Virus record (IMG/VR): IMGVR_UViG_3300030708_001073
Coordinates: 1-29,407 of that record
DNA from: a virus
Taxonomy: Duplodnaviria > Caudoviricetes
DNA: 29,407 nt
Strand: one strand, 5' to 3'
The notes under the pieces were generated by a model. That model was not told the DNA's origin. It searched no databases and saw nothing but the letters and a program-made list of their open reading frames with translations. Both the position numbers and the translations under genes were made by a program. Below are positions 1-8,728 of the stretch, piece by piece; positions within the stretch are counted from its first letter, which is position 1, and each line of letters starts with the position of its first letter.

Positions 1-1
1 G

Positions 2-283
2 GTTTTGTGGAAAGAAACCACTTCTTCAAACACTAATGACTGGTATGTTCTTGATAATAAAAGAGATCCTTTTAATATTACAGATGCAGTTTTGTCTCCT
101 AATTTAAATAGTCCAGAATCAGATGGATCTGGTAGCTATAATGGAATTGATATTTTAAGTAATGGTTTTAAAGTTAGAACGAGTAATGCAGGAAATAATC
201 GCAGTGGTGGAACATATATCTACATGGCTTTTGCTCAATCTCCTCTAGTGGCAACAAACAACGTTATAGCATTAGCGAGGTAA
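2..283 (+). CDS. 5'-truncated tail-fibre cassette gene C (beta-rich distal tail-fibre protein), C-terminal part
   Basis: The frame is open from the window edge. Its C-terminus DILSNGFKVRT...YMAFAQSPLV...ALAR matches the end of 5822..6889 (DLLSNGFKVRS...YMAFAKNPFV...ATAR). Confidence 0.8.
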   Translation, partial: VLWKETTSSNTNDWYVLDNKRDPFNITDAVLSPNLNSPESDGSGSYNGIDILSNGFKVRTSNAGNNRSGGTYIYMAFAQSPLVATNNVIALAR

Positions 284-284
284 G

Positions 285-1232
285 ATGGTATCCACGCTTA
301 AAGTAAACACACTCAAAAAACAATCGGGATCGTCTATCACGATTGGTGAGTCAGGTGATACTATCACGATTACTGCTGGGGCTACCCTTACAGGAACTGT
401 AGCAGGAACGTACACAGGAACCGTAACGGGAACAGTTAATTCAGAATCCATTACAGCAAAAGGTGATGGTTCGTCTGCTGACGGAAAGATAACTCTTAAT
501 TGCTCACAGAACAGTCACGGCGTTAAGATACAATCGCCAGCACACAGTGCAGCACAATCTTACACATTAATACTACCAACATCAGTTGGAACAAACGGAC
601 AAGTTCTAGCTACTAATGGCAGTAATACCAATCAATTATCATGGATCACTGCAACAGAAACAAAACCAACAATCAGTTCTATCAACCCATCTGTTATAGA
701 GAACACGGCAACTGATATTGTTATTACAGGAACTAATTTTGTTTCTGTTCCTATTGTAGAAGCAATAAATTCTACGGGCGCAATAACGGCTGCAAACTCC
801 GTAACTTTCACAAGCGCAACGTCAATCACAGCTAATTTTACATTAGGCACTGATGGAACGTATTTTCTTAGAGTGGAGAATAATGATGGTAATGCGGTCC
901 GTAGTGGAACAGCATTACTTACAGTATCAGATGCACCAGCGTGGCAAACAGCGGCAGGATCACTTGGTTCTGTAGACGCAGGAGGAAGCATAAACTTTAC
1001 TGTTTCAGCAACAAGTGCAACATCTTATGCTGTTACTTCTGGAGCTTTACCAGGAGGCGCAAGTTTAAATTCATCAACAGGTGCTATCACAGGGACAGAA
1101 TCTGGATCAACAGCTACGACAACGTACAACTTTACAATTACTGCGACAGATGCTGAAGCGCAAACTGCTGCTAGAGCCTTTTCTATTACTGTTAATCATG
1201 GTATACAAAACTCAATGAGGCTTCAAGGATGA
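285..1232 (+). CDS. Tail-fibre cassette gene A, copy 1: stalk protein with IPT/TIG-like and putative Ig domains
   Basis: GAGG precedes the ATG. N-terminus STLKVNTL..SGSSITIGESGDTITI, then PTISSINPS...VITGTNF (IPT-like) and SGALPGGASLNSSTGAITGT...YNFTITATDA (He_PIG-like Ig). Thr/Ser-rich; paralogue of 3677..4507. Confidence 0.8.
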   Translation: MVSTLKVNTLKKQSGSSITIGESGDTITITAGATLTGTVAGTYTGTVTGTVNSESITAKGDGSSADGKITLNCSQNSHGVKIQSPAHSAAQSYTLILPTSVGTNGQVLATNGSNTNQLSWITATETKPTISSINPSVIENTATDIVITGTNFVSVPIVEAINSTGAITAANSVTFTSATSITANFTLGTDGTYFLRVENNDGNAVRSGTALLTVSDAPAWQTAAGSLGSVDAGGSINFTVSATSATSYAVTSGALPGGASLNSSTGAITGTESGSTATTTYNFTITATDAEAQTAARAFSITVNHGIQNSMRLQG

Positions 1233-2602
1233 CAACTATAAGTAAAACAATATCAAGCACGGGTAATAGAAAAATTTTTACTATTTCTGTTTGGCTAAAA
1301 AGAGCAAACGGCGTTAGTAATGGAAACGGTGGAATTTTTGGAGTTGGAACCGCAGCAAGTGATTCAGGTCAATTTTATTGTAGATTTGATGGTTCTAATA
1401 GATTACGAGTTGGAGGGGGAGCTACAGATTATAGAATTAGTGATGCTGTGTTTACTGATCAATTTGCTTGGTATCATGTTGTTTGTGCTGTTGATTCTAC
1501 AGACACCACCGCTGATAATAGAGTAAGAGTTTGGGTTAATGGAGAGCAGATAACAACTTGGGGGACTAATAATACTATGTCACAAGATCAAAACACTCCT
1601 GTTAATGAAAGTGGTAAAACACACTATATAAATTCAGATGGAGATGGAGCTTCAAGTTTATTTAAAGGGTACTTTGCTCATTTTCATTTAATAGATGGTA
1701 TAGCATATCCTCCAACTACTTTTGGTGAAACAGATTCAACCACAGGAATATGGAAACCAAAGACCAATCCTAGTGTCACATACGGAACTAATGGTGTTTT
1801 TCTTAAATTTGAAAACAGTGGTAATATGGGATTAGACTCTAGTGGTCAAAGTAATAATTACACTATCGGAAGTGCTGGAACAAATCCTCAAACAACAGAC
1901 ACTCCTTCTAATAATTTTGCTATCTTAAATCCTTACAATAGAAGAATAACTACTAATGCTCCCATATATGCTCATGGCAACTTGTTTATAGACAATCAAG
2001 ATCAAGACGGTCAAAGTAATAACTGGTGTTCTAGTATTGGAGGTTTAACAAAAGGAAAGTGGTATTGTGAAATAACGCCTCATGTAAATGGAAGTGCCAC
2101 TAATGTTATGTTTTTAGGAGTGATTGCTACACAAATGAGTATGAATAATGGTTCTGCTGCCTCTGGTTCTTATACAGGATATTCTTATTTTTATAAACCA
2201 GATGGAAATAAAGGAACTTCTCCACCTAATACTTCAGCTATTACAACTTCTTCGTATGGAAATACTTTTACTACAGATGATATTATAGGAATATTTTTAG
2301 ATTTAGATAATGGAACATTAAAGTTTTCTAAAAACGGTACAATACAAAATAGCGGTACGGCAGCTTATACAGATTTATTAACGAATCTAGATTACAGTGG
2401 ATACATGTTTGGTGGAGGTATAGGAACAAACGGACAGTATAATCAAAATCAAATTAAAGGAGCTAATTTTGGAAATCCAAGACTATCTATTAGTTCAGGA
2501 AACGCTGATGCAAATGGCTATGGAAATTTTGAGTATTCCCCTAATGATGGTACATATGATTATTACGCTTTATGCACAAAAAATTTACAGGAGTTTAACT
2601 AA
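1229..2602 (+). CDS. Tail-fibre cassette gene B, copy 1: ConA/LamG-like lectin plus SPRY-like domain, probable receptor-binding subunit
   Basis: FTISVWLKR...WYHVVCAVD...RVWVNG (LamG-like) and GKWYCEI...DIIGIFLDLDNGTLKFSKNG (SPRY-like). ATGA overlap with gene A; paralogue of 4507..5820. Confidence 0.8.
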   Translation: MTTISKTISSTGNRKIFTISVWLKRANGVSNGNGGIFGVGTAASDSGQFYCRFDGSNRLRVGGGATDYRISDAVFTDQFAWYHVVCAVDSTDTTADNRVRVWVNGEQITTWGTNNTMSQDQNTPVNESGKTHYINSDGDGASSLFKGYFAHFHLIDGIAYPPTTFGETDSTTGIWKPKTNPSVTYGTNGVFLKFENSGNMGLDSSGQSNNYTIGSAGTNPQTTDTPSNNFAILNPYNRRITTNAPIYAHGNLFIDNQDQDGQSNNWCSSIGGLTKGKWYCEITPHVNGSATNVMFLGVIATQMSMNNGSAASGSYTGYSYFYKPDGNKGTSPPNTSAITTSSYGNTFTTDDIIGIFLDLDNGTLKFSKNGTIQNSGTAAYTDLLTNLDYSGYMFGGGIGTNGQYNQNQIKGANFGNPRLSISSGNADANGYGNFEYSPNDGTYDYYALCTKNLQEFN

Positions 2603-3675
2603 TGGCTTATGCAACAGTAGCTGACGCTTCAGCAAATTTTCAAGCAACTCTTTATACAGGTAATGGAAGTACACAAAATATAACTAATGGTGGTAATTCT
2701 AATCTACAACCAGACTGGGTTTGGATTAAAGATAGAAGTGCAGCCAATGATCATAAATTAACTGATTCTACTAGAGGAACTACTTACACTCTAGAATCTA
2801 ATGCTAACACTGCTCAATATAATGATACTGGTTCAACAACAGCCTATTTAACTGATGGTTTTTCTTTAGGATCAAATGGTAATGTAAATACTAATAATAA
2901 TAATTATATAGCGTGGCAATGGAAAGCTAATGGCGGTACTACATCAACAAACTCTGATGGTTCTATAACTTCCACTGTTCAAGCCAATACAGCAGCAGGA
3001 TTTAGTATTGTTAAATGGACAGGGACAGACGCAAACGGAACTGTAGGACACGGGTTAGGAAAAGCTCCTAGTTTTATTCTTTTTAAAAATTATACAGATA
3101 CTGCAAATTGGACAAGTTATCATGAAGTTGGACCAGGATCAGGAACAAGTGGAAATGTTGGTGGTTTGTATTTAAATTTAGAAAATGGTTTTAACACAGC
3201 AAGCACTTGGTATAATGACACGTCGCCTACTACTTCTGTTTTTTCAGTAGGATCAAACTCTAAAACAAATAGTGATACGATGATAGCGTATTGTTTTGCT
3301 AATATAAAAGGCTATCAACAAGCAGGGCAATATTATGGAAATGGTAATAGTACGCACGGTGTATTTGTTAATACAGGTTTTAGACCTGCGTATGTTTTAG
3401 CTAAAAGAACAGCTTCAGGAGGAGGGCCTTGGGCGATAAAAGATTATAGACGACCTGGACACAACCAAGTTACAGGAAGATTAGATGCTAGTGACAATGG
3501 CGTAGAAAATGTGGATCACGTATTTGAGTTTTTTGCTAATGGATTTAGAGTGTTAGATGGAGGTTCTGCATTAAATTTTAGTGGAGAACAGTATGTGTAT
3601 TATGCTGTTGCAGATCAATCAATAGTTTCTACAAATAGTTTACCCGCAAACGCTGGAATAATGAAAGCGGAATAA
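2602..3675 (+). CDS. Tail-fibre cassette gene C, copy 1: beta-rich distal tail-fibre protein
   Basis: Three internal repeats of (Y/W)xGxG...P(D/S/A)(W/F/Y)(V/I)xxK (LYTGNG..QPDWVWIK; WTGTD..APSFILFK; YYGNG..RPAYVLAK). TAATG overlap with gene B; paralogue of 5822..6889. Confidence 0.8.
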   Translation: MAYATVADASANFQATLYTGNGSTQNITNGGNSNLQPDWVWIKDRSAANDHKLTDSTRGTTYTLESNANTAQYNDTGSTTAYLTDGFSLGSNGNVNTNNNNYIAWQWKANGGTTSTNSDGSITSTVQANTAAGFSIVKWTGTDANGTVGHGLGKAPSFILFKNYTDTANWTSYHEVGPGSGTSGNVGGLYLNLENGFNTASTWYNDTSPTTSVFSVGSNSKTNSDTMIAYCFANIKGYQQAGQYYGNGNSTHGVFVNTGFRPAYVLAKRTASGGGPWAIKDYRRPGHNQVTGRLDASDNGVENVDHVFEFFANGFRVLDGGSALNFSGEQYVYYAVADQSIVSTNSLPANAGIMKAE

Positions 3676-3676
3676 A

Positions 3677-4507
3677 ATGTCAGAAGTAAAAGTAAATACG
3701 ATAAAAAAATATACAGGGTCCTCGATCACGATTGGTGAATCAGGTGACACGATTACGATAACATCAGGCGCTAACCTATCAGGATCTGGCTCTGGACTAA
3801 CAACACTTAATGCAACACAACTAACATCAGGCACACTTCCTGACGCAAGATTTCCTGCTACACTTCCTGCTGTATCAGGTGCCAACCTTACGGGCCTGCA
3901 AGCAGCTCTTAGTTTTCCAACTATATCAAGTATAAGTCCAAGCACGATTGAAAACACTGCTGAAGACGTTGTCATTACAGGCACTAATTTTGTATCCGTG
4001 CCAACAGTAGATGCTATTAATTCATCTACGGGTGCTATCACACCAGCAAACACTGTTACGTTTACAAGTGCTACTTCTGTCACTGCAAACTTTACGCTTG
4101 GTACAGACGGTACGTATTACATTCGTGTGGAGAACAACGATGGTTTAGCCGTACGTTCAACTTCGGCATTATTAACTGTATCAGACGCTCCTGTGTGGAG
4201 TACCGCTGCAGGTTCACTTGGAACCATAGCAGGTGGTTTTTCAGGCACGGTAGCAACGGTTACAGCGACAGGTGACACGATTGCTTACTCCGAAACAACG
4301 AATGTTTTAACAAATGCATCGCAAGCAAATTGCTCGCTAAATTCTAGTACGGGTGCTATAACAACAACTGATTTTGGTGGATCGTCTACGTCTGCTACAA
4401 CGTACAGTTTCACTCTACGAGCAACAGATGCTCAGGGTCAAACAGCGGATCGTAACTTTACACTAACATCAAGCTTCTCATTAGAAGATTCAGGAAGGTT
4501 TGATTAA
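3677..4507 (+). CDS. Tail-fibre cassette gene A, copy 2
   Basis: Shares GSSITIGESGDTITIT, PTISSIxPSxIENTA, VITGTNFVSVP, ANFTLGTDGTY, RVENNDG and LLTVSDAPxWxTAAGSLG with 285..1232. Confidence 0.8.
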   Translation: MSEVKVNTIKKYTGSSITIGESGDTITITSGANLSGSGSGLTTLNATQLTSGTLPDARFPATLPAVSGANLTGLQAALSFPTISSISPSTIENTAEDVVITGTNFVSVPTVDAINSSTGAITPANTVTFTSATSVTANFTLGTDGTYYIRVENNDGLAVRSTSALLTVSDAPVWSTAAGSLGTIAGGFSGTVATVTATGDTIAYSETTNVLTNASQANCSLNSSTGAITTTDFGGSSTSATTYSFTLRATDAQGQTADRNFTLTSSFSLEDSGRFD

Positions 4508-5820
4508 TGGCAACATATTTAGATAGAACACCTAGTAGTGCAGGTAATAGAAGAACATTTACTATAAGTTTTTGGACTAAAATTTCAGGTGGATTTGGTT
4601 CATCTAGTCGTTGGATTTTTGGAGCAGGCACACAAAGTTCCGATAACGATTACCTTTTATTTCCGTCTGGGGATACGTTAAAATTTTCTTTTGCCACTGA
4701 AGCAAGTGGAAACGTAGCAACTAATCGAGTTTTTCGTGACCCCAGCGCATGGTATCATGTTGTTGTGGCAGTTGATACAACACAAGCTACCGCTGCAGAT
4801 AGAGTTAAAATGTATGTAAATGGTGATCAAATAACTTCGTTTGGGACAGCAAGTTATCCTGCACAAAATTATGAGACCTCTATAAATAATACAGTACTTA
4901 ATAGAATAGGCGCAAGAGCATATTCTGCAACAGGTTACTATAACGGTTATTTTTCTCAATTTATTTTGGTTGATGGAACTGCTTTAACGCCATCTACTTT
5001 TGGTTCTACGAATGCTAATGGTATTTGGGTTCCTAATACGTCACCTTCAGTTACTTACGGTACTAATGGTTTTAAATTAGATTTTACAGGCACAGGTACA
5101 TCAGCTGACTCTAGTGGATTTGGCGCCGATAGTTCTGGTAATAATAATCACTTTGCTTCTAATAATTTAGGTACAAATCCTAATACAAAAGACGCACCTC
5201 AAAATAATTTTAGTACAATGAATCCCTTGAATATTTTTCCTAACACCACTCCTATAATAACAGACGGAGCTTTAAAAACACAATCACAATCTACTTCTGG
5301 TGCAGGTTTATGTTCAACAATAGCAGTAAGCGCAGGCAAGTGGTATGCAGAAGGTAAAATAGGATCAGGAGCAACGTTAGAAGTAGGAGCTGTAGACATA
5401 GGAACTAATGCATTTAATAAAGGAGGAACATCGACTAATTCAGTTGGTTATGATTATGGAGGAAATATTAGAGTTAATAATTCAAATACGCAAACAAGTT
5501 TGTCTACCTATACTGGAGGGGATATTATAGGAATAGCTTTAAATATGGATACTGCAACAGGCACTGTAACTTTTTATAAAAATGGTAGTGCAGTTGGTTC
5601 TGCACAAAATTTTACTACTTCAAAACCTAATGCCGCTGCATTTTATATGCAAAGTCATACAAGTAGCGGTAATCAATCTGTTGAATGGAATTATGGTAAT
5701 CCAACTTTCGCTATTGCTTCTAGTAATGCAGATGCGAACGGAGAAGGCAGTTTTGAATACGCCGTACCATCGGGATACTATGCGTTATGCACTAACAACT
5801 TAGCTTTATACGGAGGATAA
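4507..5820 (+). CDS. Tail-fibre cassette gene B, copy 2: ConA/LamG plus SPRY-like
   Basis: GNRRTFTISFW, AWYHVVVAVD, PSVTYGTNG, GKWYAE, DIIGIALNMD, NADANG and YYALCT all correspond to motifs in 1229..2602. Confidence 0.8.
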   Translation: MATYLDRTPSSAGNRRTFTISFWTKISGGFGSSSRWIFGAGTQSSDNDYLLFPSGDTLKFSFATEASGNVATNRVFRDPSAWYHVVVAVDTTQATAADRVKMYVNGDQITSFGTASYPAQNYETSINNTVLNRIGARAYSATGYYNGYFSQFILVDGTALTPSTFGSTNANGIWVPNTSPSVTYGTNGFKLDFTGTGTSADSSGFGADSSGNNNHFASNNLGTNPNTKDAPQNNFSTMNPLNIFPNTTPIITDGALKTQSQSTSGAGLCSTIAVSAGKWYAEGKIGSGATLEVGAVDIGTNAFNKGGTSTNSVGYDYGGNIRVNNSNTQTSLSTYTGGDIIGIALNMDTATGTVTFYKNGSAVGSAQNFTTSKPNAAAFYMQSHTSSGNQSVEWNYGNPTFAIASSNADANGEGSFEYAVPSGYYALCTNNLALYGG

Positions 5821-5821
5821 C

Positions 5822-6889
5822 ATGGCGGTATACACAACAATAAACGATCCATCAGCAAAATTTCAAGTAGCTTTATGGACAGGAGATGGTAATGCAACTC
5901 AAGCCATTACAAACGACGGAAATTCAAATTTACAACCAGATTTAGTTTGGTTAAAAAATAGATCAGGTACAGAGAATCACACATTAGCTGATTCAACAAG
6001 AGGAGTAACATATAGAGTAAGCTCTAACACTAACGGCGCTGAAGATCAAAATGGAGTAGCCAGTGTTCAAACTGATGGATTTACTGTTTCATCATCTTAT
6101 AACGGTAATGCTAATGGAAACGATTATGTGGCATGGCAATGGAAAGCTAATGGCGGAAGCACCAGTTCTAATACCAATGGAACTATTACCTCTACCGTAC
6201 AAACCGACACAGCAGCTGGATTTAGTATTGTAAAGTATACAGGAAACGGATCATCAGGAGCTACTGTAGGACATGGCTTTAGTTCAGCCCCTGATCTAGT
6301 GATTATTAAATGCACAAGCACGACAGGATATTGGATTTGTAATAGTATGGATTATGGAACAAACCCCAATACAAGTGGGCCTAAAAATATGTATTGGAAT
6401 ACTGATGATAATATTCAACAAGATGGTATTTGTAGAGCAATTAACGCAACAACTTTTGAAATTTCAAGTTCTCCTTCTTCTAATAGTAACAGTCAATTGT
6501 ATATAGCCTATTGCTGGAAAAGTATTCAAGGATATAGTAAACTTGGAACATACTTTGGTAATGCAAATGCAAGTGGTCCATTTGTTTATACTGGTTTTAA
6601 ACCTGCTTTTGTAATGATAAAAGCTTTAGCAACTACAGGAGGCGCTAAAAATTGGCGTCTTGCAGATCACAAACGTTCTACGAGTGGATTTAACACTGTA
6701 GATAAACAATTAAATGTTAATGATGGCGGTGGAACTGATTCTGGTAATGATGTAGATTTATTATCTAATGGATTTAAAGTCAGAAGCACAGCGGCACAAT
6801 GGAATGCAAATGACGTTGAAATTTCTTACATGGCCTTTGCAAAAAACCCTTTTGTAACTTCGGACGGCATTCCCGCAACAGCACGGTAG
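5822..6889 (+). CDS. Tail-fibre cassette gene C, copy 2
   Basis: GGAGG Shine-Dalgarno (SD). NSNLQPDLVW, DSTRG, AWQWKANGG and TAAGFSIVK are shared with 2602..3675. Confidence 0.8.
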   Translation: MAVYTTINDPSAKFQVALWTGDGNATQAITNDGNSNLQPDLVWLKNRSGTENHTLADSTRGVTYRVSSNTNGAEDQNGVASVQTDGFTVSSSYNGNANGNDYVAWQWKANGGSTSSNTNGTITSTVQTDTAAGFSIVKYTGNGSSGATVGHGFSSAPDLVIIKCTSTTGYWICNSMDYGTNPNTSGPKNMYWNTDDNIQQDGICRAINATTFEISSSPSSNSNSQLYIAYCWKSIQGYSKLGTYFGNANASGPFVYTGFKPAFVMIKALATTGGAKNWRLADHKRSTSGFNTVDKQLNVNDGGGTDSGNDVDLLSNGFKVRSTAAQWNANDVEISYMAFAKNPFVTSDGIPATAR

Positions 6890-6892
6890 ACC

Positions 6893-7744
6893 ATGACGTT
6901 AGGGATTTTAGCATTTGCTGAAGGCCCGTTATCGTCCCTCGGTAAACAGGATGCGGTAGCGGTTGTTACGGGTCTTGCCCTAACTTCCAATTTAGGCACT
7001 GCTTCTGCTCAAGCTGGTGCGCAACCAAGCGTTACAGGACAATCATTAACATCAGCTGTTGGTACAGTTGTTCTTAATACAACATCGGTAGCGACACCGT
7101 CTGGTGAAGCACTATCCACGGCTCTCGGCACACCAGTCATCAATGTAATTGCCAACCCAACCGTATCGGTTACAGGGTTTGGATTAAGTCAAACTATAGG
7201 AACCTTTGCTGTTACAGCAAGTGGCGCTGTATCAATTGATGCTTCTTCCGAACCAGACATGGACATGTTCCTTGGTACGGTTAGTGTTGATGCTCAAACT
7301 CCAGTAGCCGTCACAGGACAATCAGTAACCTCAGCTCTCGGCACTGTTAATGTAGATTTACTAACAGAGGTATCAGTAACAGGACAATCTTTAACTTCTA
7401 GTTTAGGAACAGCGGAAATTAATGTTGATGCTACAATAGTTCCAACAGGTCAAGTCGTTTCTAGTGCCTTAGAATCGGTGAGTGTAGTAGCAAATTCTAC
7501 AGCAATACCAAATGGTAATATTATATCTTCTAGTTTAGGATCTGTTACAACAACTATAAGTTCAGAAGTAGATGTTACTGGATTAACAACAACTCTCGCA
7601 TTATCTGATAATACCGCCATTTATGTATGGGGTGAAGTAGACGATTCTGAAACGTCTACATGGAACGAAGTCAACTCAAGTTCTACAAATACATGGACAG
7701 AAGTCGATGATAATGCTACAAATACATGGCAAGACGCAGCATAG
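6893..7744 (+). CDS. Repetitive beta-strand tail/virion structural protein
   Basis: About eight imperfect (V/P)TGQSLTSxLGT repeats and an acidic C-terminal WxEVDD/TW repeat; lies within the tail gene cluster. Confidence 0.65.
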   Translation: MTLGILAFAEGPLSSLGKQDAVAVVTGLALTSNLGTASAQAGAQPSVTGQSLTSAVGTVVLNTTSVATPSGEALSTALGTPVINVIANPTVSVTGFGLSQTIGTFAVTASGAVSIDASSEPDMDMFLGTVSVDAQTPVAVTGQSVTSALGTVNVDLLTEVSVTGQSLTSSLGTAEINVDATIVPTGQVVSSALESVSVVANSTAIPNGNIISSSLGSVTTTISSEVDVTGLTTTLALSDNTAIYVWGEVDDSETSTWNEVNSSSTNTWTEVDDNATNTWQDAA

Positions 7745-7752
7745 GATAATTT

Positions 7753-8469
7753 ATGGCATCAACATATTCGGCACTACTAAATTTAGAATTAATAGGTTCA
7801 GGAGAGCAATCCAACTCATGGGGTAATACCACTAACAACAATTTACAATACGGATTAGAATATTCTATAGCTGGAGTATATACTAAAAACTTATCCGCAG
7901 CTTCTAGTCCATACACTCTAACCTCAGCACAAAGTATCAGCGCAACTCAAGCGGACAACGAATCAAGACAAGCAGCTATTATATTTACCGGTCACACGGC
8001 TAATTTTATCATACAATTTCAAGCTTTACAAAAAACGTATTTTTTAAGAAACGATAGTAATGCATATACTATCACTGCTAGACTTGGCGGTTCGGGTAAT
8101 ACATATGTTATTCAACCTAGTACAAGTGTATTTTTAGCTACCGATGGAACTAATTGGTTTAATCTACAAACATCAGGAACTGATTGGGTAACTAAAACAG
8201 GAGCATACACAGCGTTTCCTGGTGATAAAATATTTGTTAATACATCAAGTTCTGCTGTTACTATTACTTTACCAGCAGCTCCGGCTACGGGAGATGAGGT
8301 AAGATTTGTAGATTTAGCAGGTACATTTGATACAAACAATTTAACAGTAGCAAGAAACAGTTTAAAAATAAATGGTTTAACTCAAGATCTAACAGTTGCT
8401 ACGGAAGATGCAGCATTTGCTTTGGTGTATTCTGGTGCAACATACGGTTGGAAATTAACGGAGAAATAA
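7753..8469 (+). CDS. Tail-fibre attachment/proximal fibre protein
   Basis: N-terminus MASTYS..LELIGSGEQSNSWGNTTNNNL is typical of marine podovirus fibre anchors. The C-terminal YTAFPGDKIFVNTSSSAVTITLPAAPATGDEVRFVD...NNLTVARN...GW domain resembles T4 proximal long-tail-fibre repeats. Confidence 0.7.
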   Translation: MASTYSALLNLELIGSGEQSNSWGNTTNNNLQYGLEYSIAGVYTKNLSAASSPYTLTSAQSISATQADNESRQAAIIFTGHTANFIIQFQALQKTYFLRNDSNAYTITARLGGSGNTYVIQPSTSVFLATDGTNWFNLQTSGTDWVTKTGAYTAFPGDKIFVNTSSSAVTITLPAAPATGDEVRFVDLAGTFDTNNLTVARNSLKINGLTQDLTVATEDAAFALVYSGATYGWKLTEK

Positions 8470-8470
8470 T

Positions 8471-8722
8471 ATGGCGACCTACGAATCTATTAAATACAAA
8501 ATATCAGGAACTGCTATTACAGGGGTAATGCAAGAATCACAAAACTTAGATGATGTAGCTGACAAGAGCACAGCAAGAGACAATCTTGGTGTTGAAATAG
8601 GTGCTGACGTACAGGCTTTTATCTCTGCAACTGCAGGAACAAATGCTAATGGAACAAGAACAGTAAGTACCAGTGGACCTAGCGGTGGTTCTGATGGAGA
8701 TATTTGGTACAAATATACATAA
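8471..8722 (+). CDS. Small tail-fibre-associated protein
   Basis: GGAG SD; QNLDDVADKSTARDNLGV fibre-type motif and STSGPSGGSDGDIWYKY terminus. Confidence 0.65.
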   Translation: MATYESIKYKISGTAITGVMQESQNLDDVADKSTARDNLGVEIGADVQAFISATAGTNANGTRTVSTSGPSGGSDGDIWYKYT

Positions 8723-8728
8723 TGCCTC

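Larger units (their letters stand above)
285..6889 (+). repeat. Diverged tandem duplication of a ~3.2-3.4 kb three-gene unit (285-3675 and 3677-6889), with a third partial unit at 1-283
   Basis: Gene order is C-A-B-C-A-B-C. Residual DNA identity: 23/23 at 2914-2936 vs 6134-6156, 22/23 at 336-358 vs 3725-3747, 15/15 at 1469-1483 vs 4750-4764. Confidence 0.9.

Noticed and set aside
1215-5830. Programmed frameshifting that fuses A-B-C into one fibre
   Set aside because: No X XXY YYZ slippery heptamer at the junctions, each downstream gene has its own ATG, and the B-C frame offset differs between copies (-1 vs +1).
1-6889. Diversity-generating retroelement or invertible shufflon behind the fibre repeats
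   Set aside because: No reverse transcriptase or invertase in the window, no ~100-bp near-identical repeat pair with adenine-specific mismatches, and all copies are direct and full length.
285-6889. Assembly artefact as the cause of the duplicated cassette
   Set aside because: The copies are strongly diverged in DNA and protein, with only short identical patches and intact frames.
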